Below the pieces are notes generated by a model. The model was not told the origin of the DNA, did no database searches, and saw only the letters and a list, made by a program, of their open reading frames with translations. A stretch of 63,710 nt of DNA, filler included, from Chiloscyllium plagiosum (taxonomy: Eukaryota): assembly GCF_004010195.1 (NCBI RefSeq). It is 7 parts of one record of this genome, joined end to end, with 100 filler letters (N's around TTAATTAATTAA, not from the genome) between each part and the next. Parts side by side here need not be neighbours in the genome. Positions count along the whole stretch, not along the records: positions 1 to 16,139 come from NC_057711.1; positions 16,240 to 23,588 come from NC_057711.1; positions 23,689 to 33,078 come from NC_057711.1; 4 more parts are not named here. One strand, written 5' to 3'. The translations under genes and the position numbers were made by a program. Shown piece after piece: positions 12,067 to 24,290 of this stretch. How positions within the stretch are numbered: the stretch's first letter is position 1; the number at the start of each line of letters is the position of its first letter.

Positions 12067-12191
12067 TGGACTGAAGAAGCTGGAACTGTACTTCTTGGGT
12101 AGAAGAGGCTAAAAGGAGATCTGATGGAGGTTTTCAAAATCATCAGTGATCTGAATACAGTATATTTAAAATAGGAGTAAGAGACCTTTTG

Positions 12192-13275
12192 TCATACAGT
12201 CATAGAGATGTATAGCATGGAAACAGATCATTTGGTCCAACTCGTCCATGCCAACCAACTATCCTAAATGAATCTAGTGCCATTTGCCAGCGGTTGACCC
12301 ACATTTCTCTAAACCCTTCCTATTCATATGCCAATCCAGATGCCTTTTAAANNNNNNNNNNNNNNNNNNNNNNNNNNNNNNNNNNNNNNNNNNNNNNNNN
12401 NNNNNNNNNNNNNNNNNNNNNNNNNNNNNNNNNNNNNNNNNNNNNNNNNNNNNNNNNNNNNNNNNNNNNNNNNNNNNNNNNNNNNNNNNNNNNNNNNNNN
12501 NNNNNNNNNNNNNNNNNNNNNNNNNNNNNNNNNNNNNNNNNNNNNNNNNNNNNNNNNNNNNNNNNNNNNNNNNNNNNNNNNNNNNNNNNNNNNNNNNNNN
12601 NNNNNNNNNNNNNNNNNNNNNNNNNNNNNNNNNNNNNNNNNNNNNNNNNNNNNNNNNNNNNNNNNNNNNNNNNNNNNNNNNNNNNNNNNNNNNNNNNNNN
12701 NNNNNNNNNNNNNNNNNNNNNNNNNNNNNNNNNNNNNNNNNNNNNNNNNNNNNNNNNNNNNNNNNNNNNNNNNNNNNNNNNNNNNNNNNNNNNNNNNNNN
12801 NNNNNNNNNNNNNNNNNNNNNNNNNNNNNNNNNNNNNNNNNNNNNNNNNNNNNNNNNNNNNNNNNNNNNNNNNNNNNNNNNNNNNNNNNNNNNNNNNNNN
12901 NNNNNNNNNNNNNNNNNNNNNNNNNNNNNNNNNNNNNNNNNNNNNNNNNNNNNNNNNNNNNNNNNNNNNNNNNNNNNNNNNNNNNNNNNNNNNNNNNNNN
13001 NNNNNNNNNNNNNNNNNNNNNNNNNNNNNNNNNNNNNNNNNNNNNNNNNNNNNNNNNNNNNNNNNNNNNNNNNNNNNNNNNNNNNNNNNNNNNNNNNNNN
13101 NNNNNNNNNTACATTGAACTCCATTTGCTACCTTTCTGCCCAGTTCTGCAGCTTATCTATATCCCGCTGTAACCTGCCACATCCTTCCTCACTGTCTACA
13201 ACTCCTCCGACTTTCGTATCATCCGCAAACTTGCTCACCCAACCTTCTAACCCCTCCTCCAGGTCATTTATAAAA
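12192..13275 (-). mobile_element. CR1 fragments flanking an N gap (12352-13109)
   Basis: 3' UTR left of the gap; SKFADDTK RT motif right of the gap. Confidence 0.8.
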
Positions 13276-13753
13276 AAAATGCAGTTCACTGCCTGAGTTG
13301 GTGGTGGAGGCAGGGAACCTAAACTCTTTCAAAATGTGCATGGGTCTGCACTGTAAATACTTCAAGCTGCAGGAATATGGGCCGTGTGCAGGAAGATGGG
13401 ATTAGAAAGGGCTTCTGGGTGTCATTGGGTCAGCAGGAAAAAGATGGGCCAAATGGCCCCCTTTTCAGCTGTATCATTCCTCTGGTTCTAAGTTAACCCT
13501 CAGCAAGTGAAATCTACTGAACTCCCCATGGCCTCACTGGAATCACTTGTAAAAGCACAAACAGAGCAGAGAATGGAGGCTGTTTTCTGACCCCTTTCCT
13601 GGGATCCAACCCACATACAGCCTTATTAGAGTTTTGCTGCCTAATGTTCTCAGGTTCTAGGATCAGGGACCAAGGTTTAACATATAATTTTGACACCTCT
13701 ATTTCTTTGGTGTGTAAATAAGCATACGTATTGCCTAAAAATCAGAAGACTAC

Positions 13754-13911
13754 CTTGCTGCAAGTTGTTTTACAGGTCTTTGTGGAGGTTGTTATTGTCG
13801 GTGGTGTCTTGCCCTTACTGGTGCAAGTATACGTCTTACAGATGTTGCCTTGCAACTGATTAACCTTTTCACCTGGGCGTAGGGAAGTGTTATTGAAGGA
13901 ACATACCCGAC
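13754..13911 (-). CDS. Internal exon of mucin/otogelin-like gene: RVCSFNNTSLRPGEKVNQLQGNICKTYTCTSKGKTPPTITTSTKTCKTTCSK
   Basis: tttttcctcttgcag acceptor, AAG|gtagtc donor, 158 bp, phase 1/0, VCxFNxTxLxPG..CxxYxC..CxxxC pattern. Confidence 0.8.
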
Positions 13912-14112
13912 CTGCAAGAGGAAAAACATACTTTAATATTCTGCTTTCTGTGCTGGTAATACAGTGTTGGAAGTTTCATAATGCAGTAAATGTGTACACA
14001 GCACTTTCACATCAGAATTCTGGGTTTGAATTCAAGATGCTGTCAGGGAATTATTCAGTTTGTGCTAATAAAAATAAAATATGACACGGGAGATTTTAAT
14101 CCACATACTTAC

Positions 14113-14155
14113 TCCGCGGATACAGTAGATAGGCAAGGATTGTCCAGATGAACAT
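14113..14155 (-). CDS. Possible preceding exon (ambiguous reading)
   Basis: Strong donor A|gtaagt in phase with the next exon; reads MFIWTILAYLLYPR, while other frames give DNPC../PIYC; no clear acceptor. Confidence 0.35.
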
Positions 14156-14170
14156 TTTAGAGAAAGTACA

Positions 14171-16139
14171 GTCATAGAATCATTGAAGTTTACAGCACAG
14201 AGTCAGGCCCTTCAGCCCAACCAGTCTATGCTGGCCAGGTTTCCCAATCTGACCTCATCCCATTTGCCTGTGTTTGGCCCACAACCCTCTAAGTTCTTCC
14301 TATTTATGTACCTGTCCAAGAGTCTTTTAAATGTTATAACTACTCTACCACTCCTCTGGCAGCTCATTCCATAAACACACCACCCTCTGCATAAAAAAGT
14401 TGCCCCTCAGGTCCCTTTTACATCTTTCCTCTCTCACCTTAAACCTATCCCTTCTAGTTTTGGACTCCCTTATCCTGGGGAAAAGACCTTGGCTACTCAC
14501 CTTATCTATGCCCCTCATCATTTTATAAACCTCTATAAAGTCACTCCTCAGCCTCCTATGCTCGATGCAAAAAAGTCTCAGCCTATCCTTATAACTCAAA
14601 CCCTTCAGTCTCAGTAACATCCTTGTGAAATCTTTTCATGATCTTTCCAGTTTACTTGCATCTTTCCTGTAGCAGGGTGACCAGAACTGTACAGCTTTGA
14701 CAAAGGATCAGTTAGACTCGAAACGTCAGCTCTTTTCTCTCCTTGTAGATGCTGCTAAGATTTTCCAGCATTTTCTCTTTTAGTTTCTTCACCACCATCT
14801 ACCTGTGATACCACTTTCAAGGAATTATACATCTGCACTCCAAGATCTCTCTGTTTGAAAACTTATTCCGGGATCCTATCACTAACTGTATATAAATGCT
14901 GCACTGCTTTATCTTGCCAAACACTTCACAATTAGACTCCATCTGCCATACCTCCGGCCAGTTGATCAGATAAGTAATGGATCCAGGATAGTTTCTCAGA
15001 ACATCACAGAACATGGAACATCGAACAGTACAGCACAGTACAAGCCCTTCAGCCCTTGATGCTGTGCTGACCATTTTTCCTAGTCTAAGATCAAACTAGC
15101 CAACATACCCTTCATTTTACTATCCTCCGCTTGCCTATCCAAGAGTCCCTTAAATGTCCCTAATGTATCTGACTCCACTACCGCTGCTGGCAGTGCATTC
15201 CACACACCCACCACTCTCTGAGTAAAGAACCTACCTCTGCCATCACCCCTAAACCTTCCCCCAATCATACTAAAATTGTTCCCCCTCGTGATAGCCATTT
15301 CTGACCTGGGAAGAAGTCTCTGGCTATCCACTCCATCTATGCCTCTCATCATATTGTACACCTCCATCAAGTCGCCTCTCATTCTTCTTTGCTCCAATGA
15401 GAAAAGTCCTAGCTCCCTCAACCTTTCTTCTTAAGACATGCCCTCCATGAAAACGTACCTTCCAGCTCAGTGAGCAAACCTACATCCAGAACCTCAACCT
15501 GAGCTACAAATCTTCTCAAAACTCTCCATGCCCTCCAGTCCAGGTTAATCTCCTCTGCACCCTCTCTAAAGCTTCCACATCCTTCCTATAATGAAGCGAT
15601 CAGAACTGAACACAATATTCCAAGTGTGGTCTAACCAGGGCTCTATCGAGCTGCAGCATAACATCATGGCTCTTAAACTCAGACCCCCTGCTAACGAAAG
15701 CCAACACACCATATGCCTTGTTATCAACCCTATCAATTTGGATGACAACTTTGAGGAATTTATGGACATGGACCCTAAGATCCATCTGTTTCTCCTCACT
15801 GCCAAGAATAATGCCTTTAACCCTGTATTCTGCATTCAAATTCAACCTTCCAAACTGAATCACTTCACACTTTTCCAGGTTGAACTCAATCTGCCACATA
15901 CCAGCCCAGTTCTGCATCATGTCAATAGACAATAGACAATAGGTGCAGGAGTAGGCCATTCTGCCCTTCGAGCCAGCACCACCATTCATTATGATCATGG
16001 CTGATCATCCTTAATCAGTATCCTGTTCCTGCCTTATCCCCATAACCCTTGATTCCACTATCCTTAAGAGCTCTATCCAACTCTTTCTTGAAAGTATCCA
16101 GAGACTTGGCCTCCACAGCCTTCTGGGCAGAGCATTCCA
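14171..16139 (-). mobile_element. Stack of nested CR1 3' fragments with small PLE terminal inserts
   Basis: Three 3' tails and RT C-terminal motifs ([13 protein letters not shown]); PLE pieces at about 14690-14785 and 15448-15526. Confidence 0.85.
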
Positions 16140-16239
16140 NNNNNNNNNNNNNNNNNNNNNNNNNNNNNNNNNNNNNNNNNNNNTTAATTAATTAANNNNN
16201 NNNNNNNNNNNNNNNNNNNNNNNNNNNNNNNNNNNNNNN
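16140..16239. other. Artificial scaffold spacer 44N-TTAATTAATTAA-44N (also 23589-23688, 33079-33178, 43396-43495, 54684-54783, 59220-59319)
   Basis: Six identical 100-bp blocks with six-frame stop core. Confidence 0.97.
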
Positions 16240-16768
16240 AATATTTTGGTGAACTGGGTGGCTGAGGGCCCCCCTGGACTTTCAAATTGGCACAGACTAC
16301 TTATGGAATGTATTCCCCTTGACTTCCTTACAAATATGGTGCACCGAAAGACCGAATTATTTTATAAAATATGGCAGCCCTTTTTGAATTATATAAATAC
16401 AGATATTTCGGCTATCCTAACAAGGGCTTTTATTTAATTGAGATTACGAACCTGGCTGGTCCGGGGCCCCTCGGGGGAGGAATCCCGCACGAATACGGGT
16501 TTTATTACATCTGATGCTGACACATTCCGAGCATGTAAGAGACTTAAATATACACTCTGGTTAGTTGTAGGTTAGATTAGTAGATAGTTGAGTTTTGTTT
16601 GTTTGTTTTTCTTTGTTTAGGTTTTTTTTTTGTTTTGTTTTTTTTTGTTAAATTTTGGCTATTGTATATTTGAGCTAATTGTATATCAATGTTTATAGCT
16701 GAGAGTTTTGTTTATTTTTGTAAACTTGTAAAAATGTTAAATTTCTAATAAAGATATCTATAAAAATA
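16240..16768 (+). mobile_element. L1-clade LINE 3' end
   Basis: ORF2 terminus ..FYKIWQPFLNYI..*, T-rich 3' UTR, AATAAA and A-rich end. Confidence 0.75.
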
Positions 16769-16832
16769 AGAGTACAAAAGAGAGCGAGCCATAAATATAA
16801 AAATAGAAGAAATTTTATAAACATTTAAAGAA

Positions 16833-17162
16833 GGGTGGTACAGTGGCTCAGTGATTAACACTGCTACCTCACAGCCCGAGGGACCCAGATTCGACCCCAG
16901 CTTCAGGTGATTGTGTGGAATTTGCACATTCTCCCTGTGTGGGTTTGCTCCAGTTTCCTCCCACAGCCCAAAGATCTGCAGGTTAGGTGAATTGGCCATG
17001 CTAAATTGCCCACAGCGTTCAGGGATATGTAGATTAGGTTCATTAGTCATGGGAAATGTAGAGCAATAGGATAGGGGAATGGTCTGGGTGGGATACTCTT
17101 CAGAGGGTTGGTGTGGACTTGTGGGGCCAAAGGGTCTTTTTCCACACTGTAGGGATTCTATG
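16833..17162 (+). mobile_element. HE1-type SINE
   Basis: Full tRNA head, core and tail. Confidence 0.85.
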
Positions 17163-17169
17163 AGAATGA

Positions 17170-18720
17170 GTGTTAGTCCTATAGAATGTGAGATGCTAAA
17201 ATGAAAAATAGGCAAATATTAGATGAATTGAAGAGATGTTTTTATTGGTCTTTACTCTGAAGAATGCAGTAACATCGTAGATGCAGCAATAAATCAGGAA
17301 ATGGAATAGAAGAAGGAACTCGGGAAAATTACAATAACCAGAGATGTGACATGGTTTAAATTGTTGGAGCTATAGACTGTCAAGTGCCTGGGTCCTAATG
17401 GACTTCATCCTAGGGTTGTAAAAGAAATGTCTACTGAGACAATGATGGTTTTCACCTTCCAAAACTTCTTTAATGGTCCCATTAGATTGCAAGATAATGA
17501 ATGCAACTCCTTCATTCGAAAAGGCAGGAAGACAGAAAGCAGGAAACTATAGGCCAATTAGCTTTGCATCCATCTTAGGAGAAATGCTAGAAATTATTAC
17601 TAAAGACATTATAGCAGCACATTTAGGTCAGTTGAAGGTTAACAGGCACAACCAACATGGTTTTGTGAAAGGGAAATCATTGAGCAGTGTTTGAGAAATG
17701 TATCAAAATTCTTTTTCACTGCAGTGTAGGAGATTGAGAGGTGACCTGATAGAAGTTTATAAAATAATAAGAGGTATAGATAAAGTTGATGGCAGTTGTC
17801 TTTTCCCTAAGATGGGGAATTTCAGGACTGGGGACACATTTTTAAATTGAGAGATTTAAAAATGAATTACAAGGTAATTATTTTTCATGAGGATGGTTTG
17901 CATGTAGAATAAACTGTCTGAGGAACTGGTGGGTGTGGGTACAATTGCAACATTTAAAAGACAGTTGGATGGATACATGAGTAGGAAAGATTTGGAAGGA
18001 TATGGGCCGGGAGCATGCAGGTGGGACTAGTTTAGTTTGGGATAATGTTCGGCATGGACTGGTTGAACCAAAGGGTCTGTTTCTGTGCTGTATTGACTCT
18101 ATGACTCTTATGACAAAAGGGAACTGGCAGATATACTCTACTGACACGGTGCCACATCAACATTTATTGTGGACAATGAAAGCTCACGGAGCATGGGACA
18201 GCATATTGGTATGAATTTTGATTGGCTAACAAGAAGCAGAAAGTAGACATAAATGCAATACTTCCAGGTTGCCATGGTGTAACAAATTAGTGTCACAGGG
18301 ATTGACACTGGGACCTTACTTCATATAAATGACTTGGGAAGATGTAATGAAAGGTATAAATCTGCTAACACCAGAAAGATAGATAGAAAAATAAGTTGTG
18401 AGAAGGATATAAGGAGGCTATGAAAAGATGTAGGAGAAAGTGACAACTGCAGATGCTGGAGATCAGAGTTGAGTGCGTGGTGCTGGAAAAGCACAGCAGG
18501 TCAGATAGCATCTGAGGAGCAAGATGTAGATAAGTTAATGTGGATAAAGATATGGCACATTTGGATTGGGATATCTGGACGGCATGGACGGGTTGGACTG
18601 AAGGGTCTGTTTCCATGCTGTACATCTCTATGACTCTATGACTCTTAAGTATAATGTGGGACCACATGAAGTTATCCATTTTTAAAGAATAAAAAGTACA
18701 TTCTTTAAAAATGAGAGACT
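17170..18720 (+). mobile_element. Old CR1 RT with nested CR1 3' end and pLTR piece
   Basis: GNYRPISFASI, QHGFVKGKS; (CTATGACT)n tails at about 18105 and 18640. Confidence 0.8.
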
Positions 18721-19330
18721 CAGTGTTAGCTCCAAGGCTCACAGTGCCTGTTCCAACTCAAATTTAACAGTAGGGTGGCCAAATATGCAGGCATCAGCTG
18801 AAACTGCAAAATGTATCACAACATTTCTCTCACAACTGTTGCCTAATACTGTAGATGAAGAAATGCCATTGGGAAGAGATTACAACACAACATGGTGACA
18901 TGTCTTACTTTGCATAAATATAAAGAACTCTACAGGGATTACTTTAGATTCATGAGGTACAGATAGGAAAAATTAATAAAATTAAGCGTTCAGATTTAGT
19001 CAGAAACCCTGGGTTAACATTGTACTGCACAGCAAACTTGGAACCTCAGAATTGTCTTTTTTTTAATTGCAGGTTTTTGCTTTCACTGCAGATCCCATAC
19101 AGATTGTTGAATTCAAATCAGATGGACAGGTGTTACTGAAGGTGCAACCTTGCACAAAGAATGCAATGATGACGATCAACAATAAAAATGAAATCAATTC
19201 ACATATTTGGTGATTAAACAATTTAAACAGTGTCATGTTGCCAGGTATGAATTTGAATAGGGGAAGGAAGAAAGCTAAATATTACATATTGTAACTGCAA
19301 AACATATTGGCACAAGAAAATATCGGAACG

Positions 19331-19637
19331 TTGGGGAGTCCAGAACGAGAGGGCATAGGTTTAGGGTGAGGGGGGCAAAATATAAAAGAGACCTAAGGGG
19401 CAACTTTTTCACACAGAGGGTGGTACGTGTATGGAATGAGCTGCCAGAGGAAGTGGTGGAGACTGGTACAATTGCAACATTTAAGAGGCATTTGGATGGG
19501 TATATGAATAGGAAGGGTTTGGAGGGATATGGGCCGGGTGCTGGCAGGTGGGACTAGATTGGGTTGGGATATCTGGTCAGCATGGGCGGGTTGGACCGAA
19601 GGGTCTGTTTCCATACTGTGCATCTCTATGACTCTAA
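19331..19637 (+). mobile_element. Young CR1 3' end
   Basis: FFTQRVVRVWNELPEEVVE plus 3' UTR. Confidence 0.9.
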
Positions 19638-20193
19638 ATGTTAGTTAGAATTTAACTCTTTCATGTTTGGCTGGTTGGATACATATAAAATCGAACCATC
19701 ATCATATATAAGTATTTGTACATATATATGGAGAGAGAATGTACTCAGTCTATATATGTAAAAAACACAGTTTGTAATACAGAGTGATGGATGGGTTCGA
19801 TTCCCACAGCAGCTGAGGTTACCAGGAAGGATCCTCCTTCTCAACTTCTCCCTCAACTGAGATAGGGTGACCCTCAGCTTATACCAGTAAAAATAAACAG
19901 GGGATTCCGAAGATCTCCTCAGATTAGGGACTGACTACAGCCAGTGTACAGAGTGGAGTTCCTGCTGGGCAGAATGAGAAAGAATACCACCCCCCCGTCC
20001 TCTCTCTCAAATGAGACAGCAGCCGTGAGATCTGGTAGGATATGGAGGTATCAACTTTATGATAAATATGCATTTTCCTATATCCATATGTACAGCATAT
20101 AGATTATGTACATTTTCAGACCCAAGGACAGTTGAAAACCAAAGAATGGGCCGGTTTGAATGGGGGGAGGTGGGGGGATGTTGGGAGGTTGAA

Positions 20194-21430
20194 TTAAAAT
20201 GTCCTTTTCTTGAGTTTGAAGAGGACTTTGCGAAACACCCTCCTGAAGTTCTGGTTGAAGATGGTGTAGATGATGGGGTTGAGGGAGCTGTTGCAGTAAC
20301 CAATCCAAAACAAGAACCTGAAGAGGGTCTCGGGGACCTCACAGAGCTCTGGCAGATCCAGTACAGGCTGTAACTGAGAAAGAAAGGCAGCCAGAACAGG
20401 ATGAGCAGCTCCATGACCACGGCCAGCACAAAGGTGAAGTGTTTCTCTCGGGCCTGGGAGGCCTTGCTCCTAGACATGCAGCTGCCCCTACTCCTCCACC
20501 GGGTGGGGAACAAATCAAAGGAGCAGCTGCTGGAGCAGGAGAGGCTTTGGTGGCTCAGGCTCAAGTCTTTCCTGGAGCTCTCTGTTTTGGATGGGGGTTT
20601 TTGGAGGTGGAGCTGTCCTCAGGCTCTGCCACTGAGCAGTAGTGGCCATTCTGGCACCCCCCTCCTCCTGCTGCTGCTAGCCCGCTGCCGGGAGCAGCGC
20701 TCCCTCCATTGCCTGGCTCCTTAAGGGAGGTGGCTCTGCTGGCGGCCATCTTCTCAGTCTGAGAGGAATCTTCTGGGCGTTTCTCTTCACTGACAGGCTG
20801 TGGGCCCGGTGCTTGGCCACCCGGTAGATGCGGAGGTGCACCAGCAGCATGGTGAGGCAGGGTGCAAAGAAAGAGGCGTCACACAACAGAGGGATGTACC
20901 AGGTGACGTCGCTGATGCAGTAGACGGGCCAAAGCTGGTCCTGCTCCACCACCCGGGAGGTGGAGATGAGGGGAGGGAAGGAGATAATGGCCACGGGGAG
21001 CCAGACAGTGACAATGGCCCCTTTGATCCTGCCGGGAGTCCTCTTCAGGCTGTACTCCACCACCTTGACAATGGACCATACCTGTCCAGGCTGATGGCAC
21101 ACAGATGCACAATGGGCAAGGTGCAGAACAGGACATCCAAAGACAAGTAGGCATCACACCAAAGTGCCCCGAGGTACCAGTAGCCCATTAACTCCATGGC
21201 CAGTGAGAAAGGCATGACCAAGGCAGCCATCAGGATGTCCGCGCTGGCCAGGGTAACCAGGAACAGGTTCTGGGGAGCCCGCAGAGCCCAGCTTGTCAAC
21301 ACCGTGATCATACCAGGGTGTTGGCCACGATCGTGAACAGGATCAGGAAGCCCAACAGAGCTGACAAGCCGGCCTCCGGCTATGCTGAAGCATTCAAGGC
21401 GATGGCATTGACCGTCCCGATCTCCCTCTC
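20194..21430 (-). pseudogene. adra2c: Alpha-2 adrenergic receptor pseudogene, ADRA2C-like, intronless
   Basis: All seven TMs recognisable across frames: [96 protein letters not shown]; stop TAA at 20194-20196; about 5 frameshifts, one nonsense codon, no start ATG. Subtype assignment is less certain than family. Confidence 0.9.
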
Positions 21431-21437
21431 CCTCTCC

Positions 21438-21449
21438 ACACCAGGTGTC

Positions 21450-21482
<33 letters not shown>

Positions 21483-21489
21483 AGGTGTC

Positions 21490-21522
<33 letters not shown>

Positions 21523-21531
21523 AGGTGTCGG
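21438..21531. repeat. Compound 40-bp repeat CCAGGTGTCGG(AC)n
   Basis: CCAGGTGTCGG at 21441, 21481 and 21521. Confidence 0.95.
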
Positions 21532-22021
21532 TCAGGGTAGTCCTCTCCTCCTCATTGTACTCAATCCAATTTCCAAATGATTATCCCGCTCACCTTTCTG
21601 TCTGTGTCTGTGAAGAGTTTGACTGCAGCCCCCTCCAGACAGACACATACCCTCTTTCTGCACCTCTCTCTATTTCCACTTTTTATGCTTCTCTTTATGC
21701 GCTCCTTGGTAATTGCATGCATGGATAAAGCATTACCTAGACTGGACTCTCAGGGTCAAGCCCTTTTGTGCTAGGTCAGGAGGAGGTCATATCATGCCAT
21801 TCCAGGAGATCCATTGGCGAAATCCACTCCAGATCACTTAAATCCCATGGTCATCTCATTTAAACTGTGTGTGGGGTGGGCTTGGGGTTTCAGTGATCTC
21901 CAGCTCTGTGAGCAAAACCCACACTCTCTGTCTCTGCCGTTAATTCACTCACCCTCACCTGCCCCCTCCTAGTGCGCGCGCACACACACAAATGCACTGA
22001 ACCTTTCCTTCGCAAAACTCT

Positions 22022-22398
22022 GGAGACCTTATCGAGATTTATATAATCATGAGAGGCATGGATAAGGTAAATAGCCAAGGTCTTTTTCCCAGGCTGAAGG
22101 AGTCCAAAACTAGAGGGCATTGGTTTAAGGTGAGAGGGAAAAAGATTCAAAAGGGACCTGAGGTGTAACTTTTGCACACAGAGAGTGGTGTGTGTATGGA
22201 ATGAGCTGCCAAATGAAGTGGTGGAGACTGGTACAATTGCAACATTCAAAAGGCATCTGATTAGATACATGAATTGAAAGGTTTAGAGAGATATGGACTG
22301 AATACTGGCAAATGAGACTAGATTAATTTAGCATATCTGGTTGGCATGGATGGGTTGAATGGAAGGGTCTGTTTCCGTGCTGTCCATTTCTGTGTCTT
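22022..22398 (+). mobile_element. CR1 3' end
   Basis: ORF2 terminus and 3' UTR. Confidence 0.85.
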
Positions 22399-22619
22399 TA
22401 CATCCTCCAACCCCCTTCTCCACCCAAATCCCTCCTCCCTTAGGGACCTGATACTCACTGCTGCTTCCGAACCCAGCACACACCTTCCCCTGGGGCTCAG
22501 CACCTTAGGATCTAAAACTCCTCTCTCCACAACACCCTAACCCAACCCTACTTCCTGTCAGAACTGGACACATTTCTTGCATCCTACATTACTGGAATCC
22601 GAATTTCCTGAAAAAAAAT

Positions 22620-23232
22620 TTGATTAGGGATAGTCAACACGGTTTTGTTGAGGGTAGGTTTATTGAGTTCTTCAAGAAGGTAATAACACAGGTGGATGAA
22701 TGTAAGGCGGTTGATGTGGTGTATGTGGAGTTCAGTAAGGCATTTGACAAGGTCCCACAGGGTAGGCTATTGCACAAAATACGGAGTTTCGGGATTGAAG
22801 GTGATTTAGCGGTTTGGATCAGAAACTGGCGAGCTGAAAGAAGATAGAGGGTGGTGGTTGGTGGGAAATGTTCGTCCTGGAGCTCAGTTACCAGTGGTGT
22901 GCCGCAAAGATCTGTTTTGGGGACACTGCTGTTTGTCATTTTTATAAATGATCTGGAGGTGGGCATAGAAGGATGGGTTAGTAAATTTGCGGATGATACT
23001 AAGGTAGGTAGAGTTGTGGATAGTGCTGAAGGGTTACAGAGGGACATAGATAAGATGCAGAGCTGGGCTGAGAAGTGGCAAATTGAGTTTAATATGGAAA
23101 AGTGTGAGGTAGTTCACTTCAGAACGGAATGCAGAGTACTGGGCTAATGGTAAAAGTCTTGGCAGTGAAGATGAACAGAGAGATCTTGGTATTCAGGTGC
23201 ATAAATCCCTGAAAGTTGCCACCCAGGTTAAT
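22620..23232 (+). mobile_element. CR1 RT core
   Basis: FSKAFDKVP, SGVPQRSVLG, SKFADDTK. Confidence 0.92.
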
Positions 23233-23588
23233 AGAACATAGAACATTATAGCGCAGTACAGTCCCTTCGGCCCTCGATGTTGCGCCGACCTGTCATACCA
23301 ATCTGAAGCCCATCTAACCTACACTATTCCATGTATGTCCATATACTTGTCCAATGATGTCTCAAATGTACTTAAAGTTGGCAAATCTACTACTGTTGCA
23401 GGCGAAGCATTCTATACCCTTACTACTCTCTGAGTAAAGAAACTACCTCTGACATCTGTCCTATATGGATCAGTACCTGGTGCTATGATGTTGTGGCCAT
23501 AACAGAGACATGGGTTTCTCAAGGGCAGGAATGGTTGCTGGATGTTCCAGGGTTTAGAGCATTTAAAAAGAATAGGGAGGGGGGAAAA
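23233..23588. mobile_element. CR1 3' end (minus) abutting CR1 endonuclease fragment (plus)
   Basis: Inverted (ATGTTCT) tail, then YDVVAITETW motif. Confidence 0.75.
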
Positions 23589-23688
23589 NNNNNNNNNNNN
23601 NNNNNNNNNNNNNNNNNNNNNNNNNNNNNNNNTTAATTAATTAANNNNNNNNNNNNNNNNNNNNNNNNNNNNNNNNNNNNNNNNNNNN

Positions 23689-23995
23689 GGGAGTGGTCTT
23701 TACGGAATGCTGTTAGGGGAGGGGAGGGAAATATATCCTTGGTGGTGGGGTCCGTTTGGAGGTGGCGGAAATGACGGCAGATGATGCGCTGTACATGGAG
23801 ATTGGTGGGGTGGTAGGTGAGGACCAGTGGGGTTCTGTCCTGGTGGCGGTTGGAGTGGGCGGGGCTCAAGGGCAGAGGAGCGGGAAGTGGAAGAGATGCG
23901 GTAGAGGGCATCGTCGACCACGTGAAATTGCGGTCCTTGAAGAAGGAGGCCATCTGGGTTGTACGTTTTTGGAACTGGTCCTCCTGGGAGCAGAT
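23689..23995 (-). mobile_element. Penelope-like ORF fragment
   Basis: TPLVLTYHPTNL..FRHLQTDPTTKDIFPSPPLTAFRKDHS. Confidence 0.85.
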
Positions 23996-24002
23996 CTAGT
24001 CT

Positions 24003-24290
24003 ATACCAACCCTCCAAGGAGCATCCCATCCAGACCCAACCCTATCTCGGTAACCCTGCATTCCCATGGCCAATCCACCTAGCCAGCAAATCCTTGGACA
24101 CCAATGATAATTTAGCATGGCCAATCCACCTAACCTGCACATCTTTGGTAAGTGGGAGGAAACTGGAGCACCTGGAGTAAACTCATGTTGATAGGAAGAA
24201 TGTGCAAACTCCACACACAATCGCCTGAGGCTGGAATCAAACTCAGGTGGTGTTGTGAAGAAGCAAAACACTCAGCCACTAAGCCACATT
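24003..24290 (-). mobile_element. HE1-type SINE
   Basis: Similarity to other copies. Confidence 0.8.

Noticed and set aside
12284..13296. Long ORFs of 255-322 aa
   Set aside because: They are made of N-gap X residues.
21438..21531. CRISPR-like repeat-spacer array
   Set aside because: The spacers are identical CA runs, the context is eukaryotic, and there are no cas genes.
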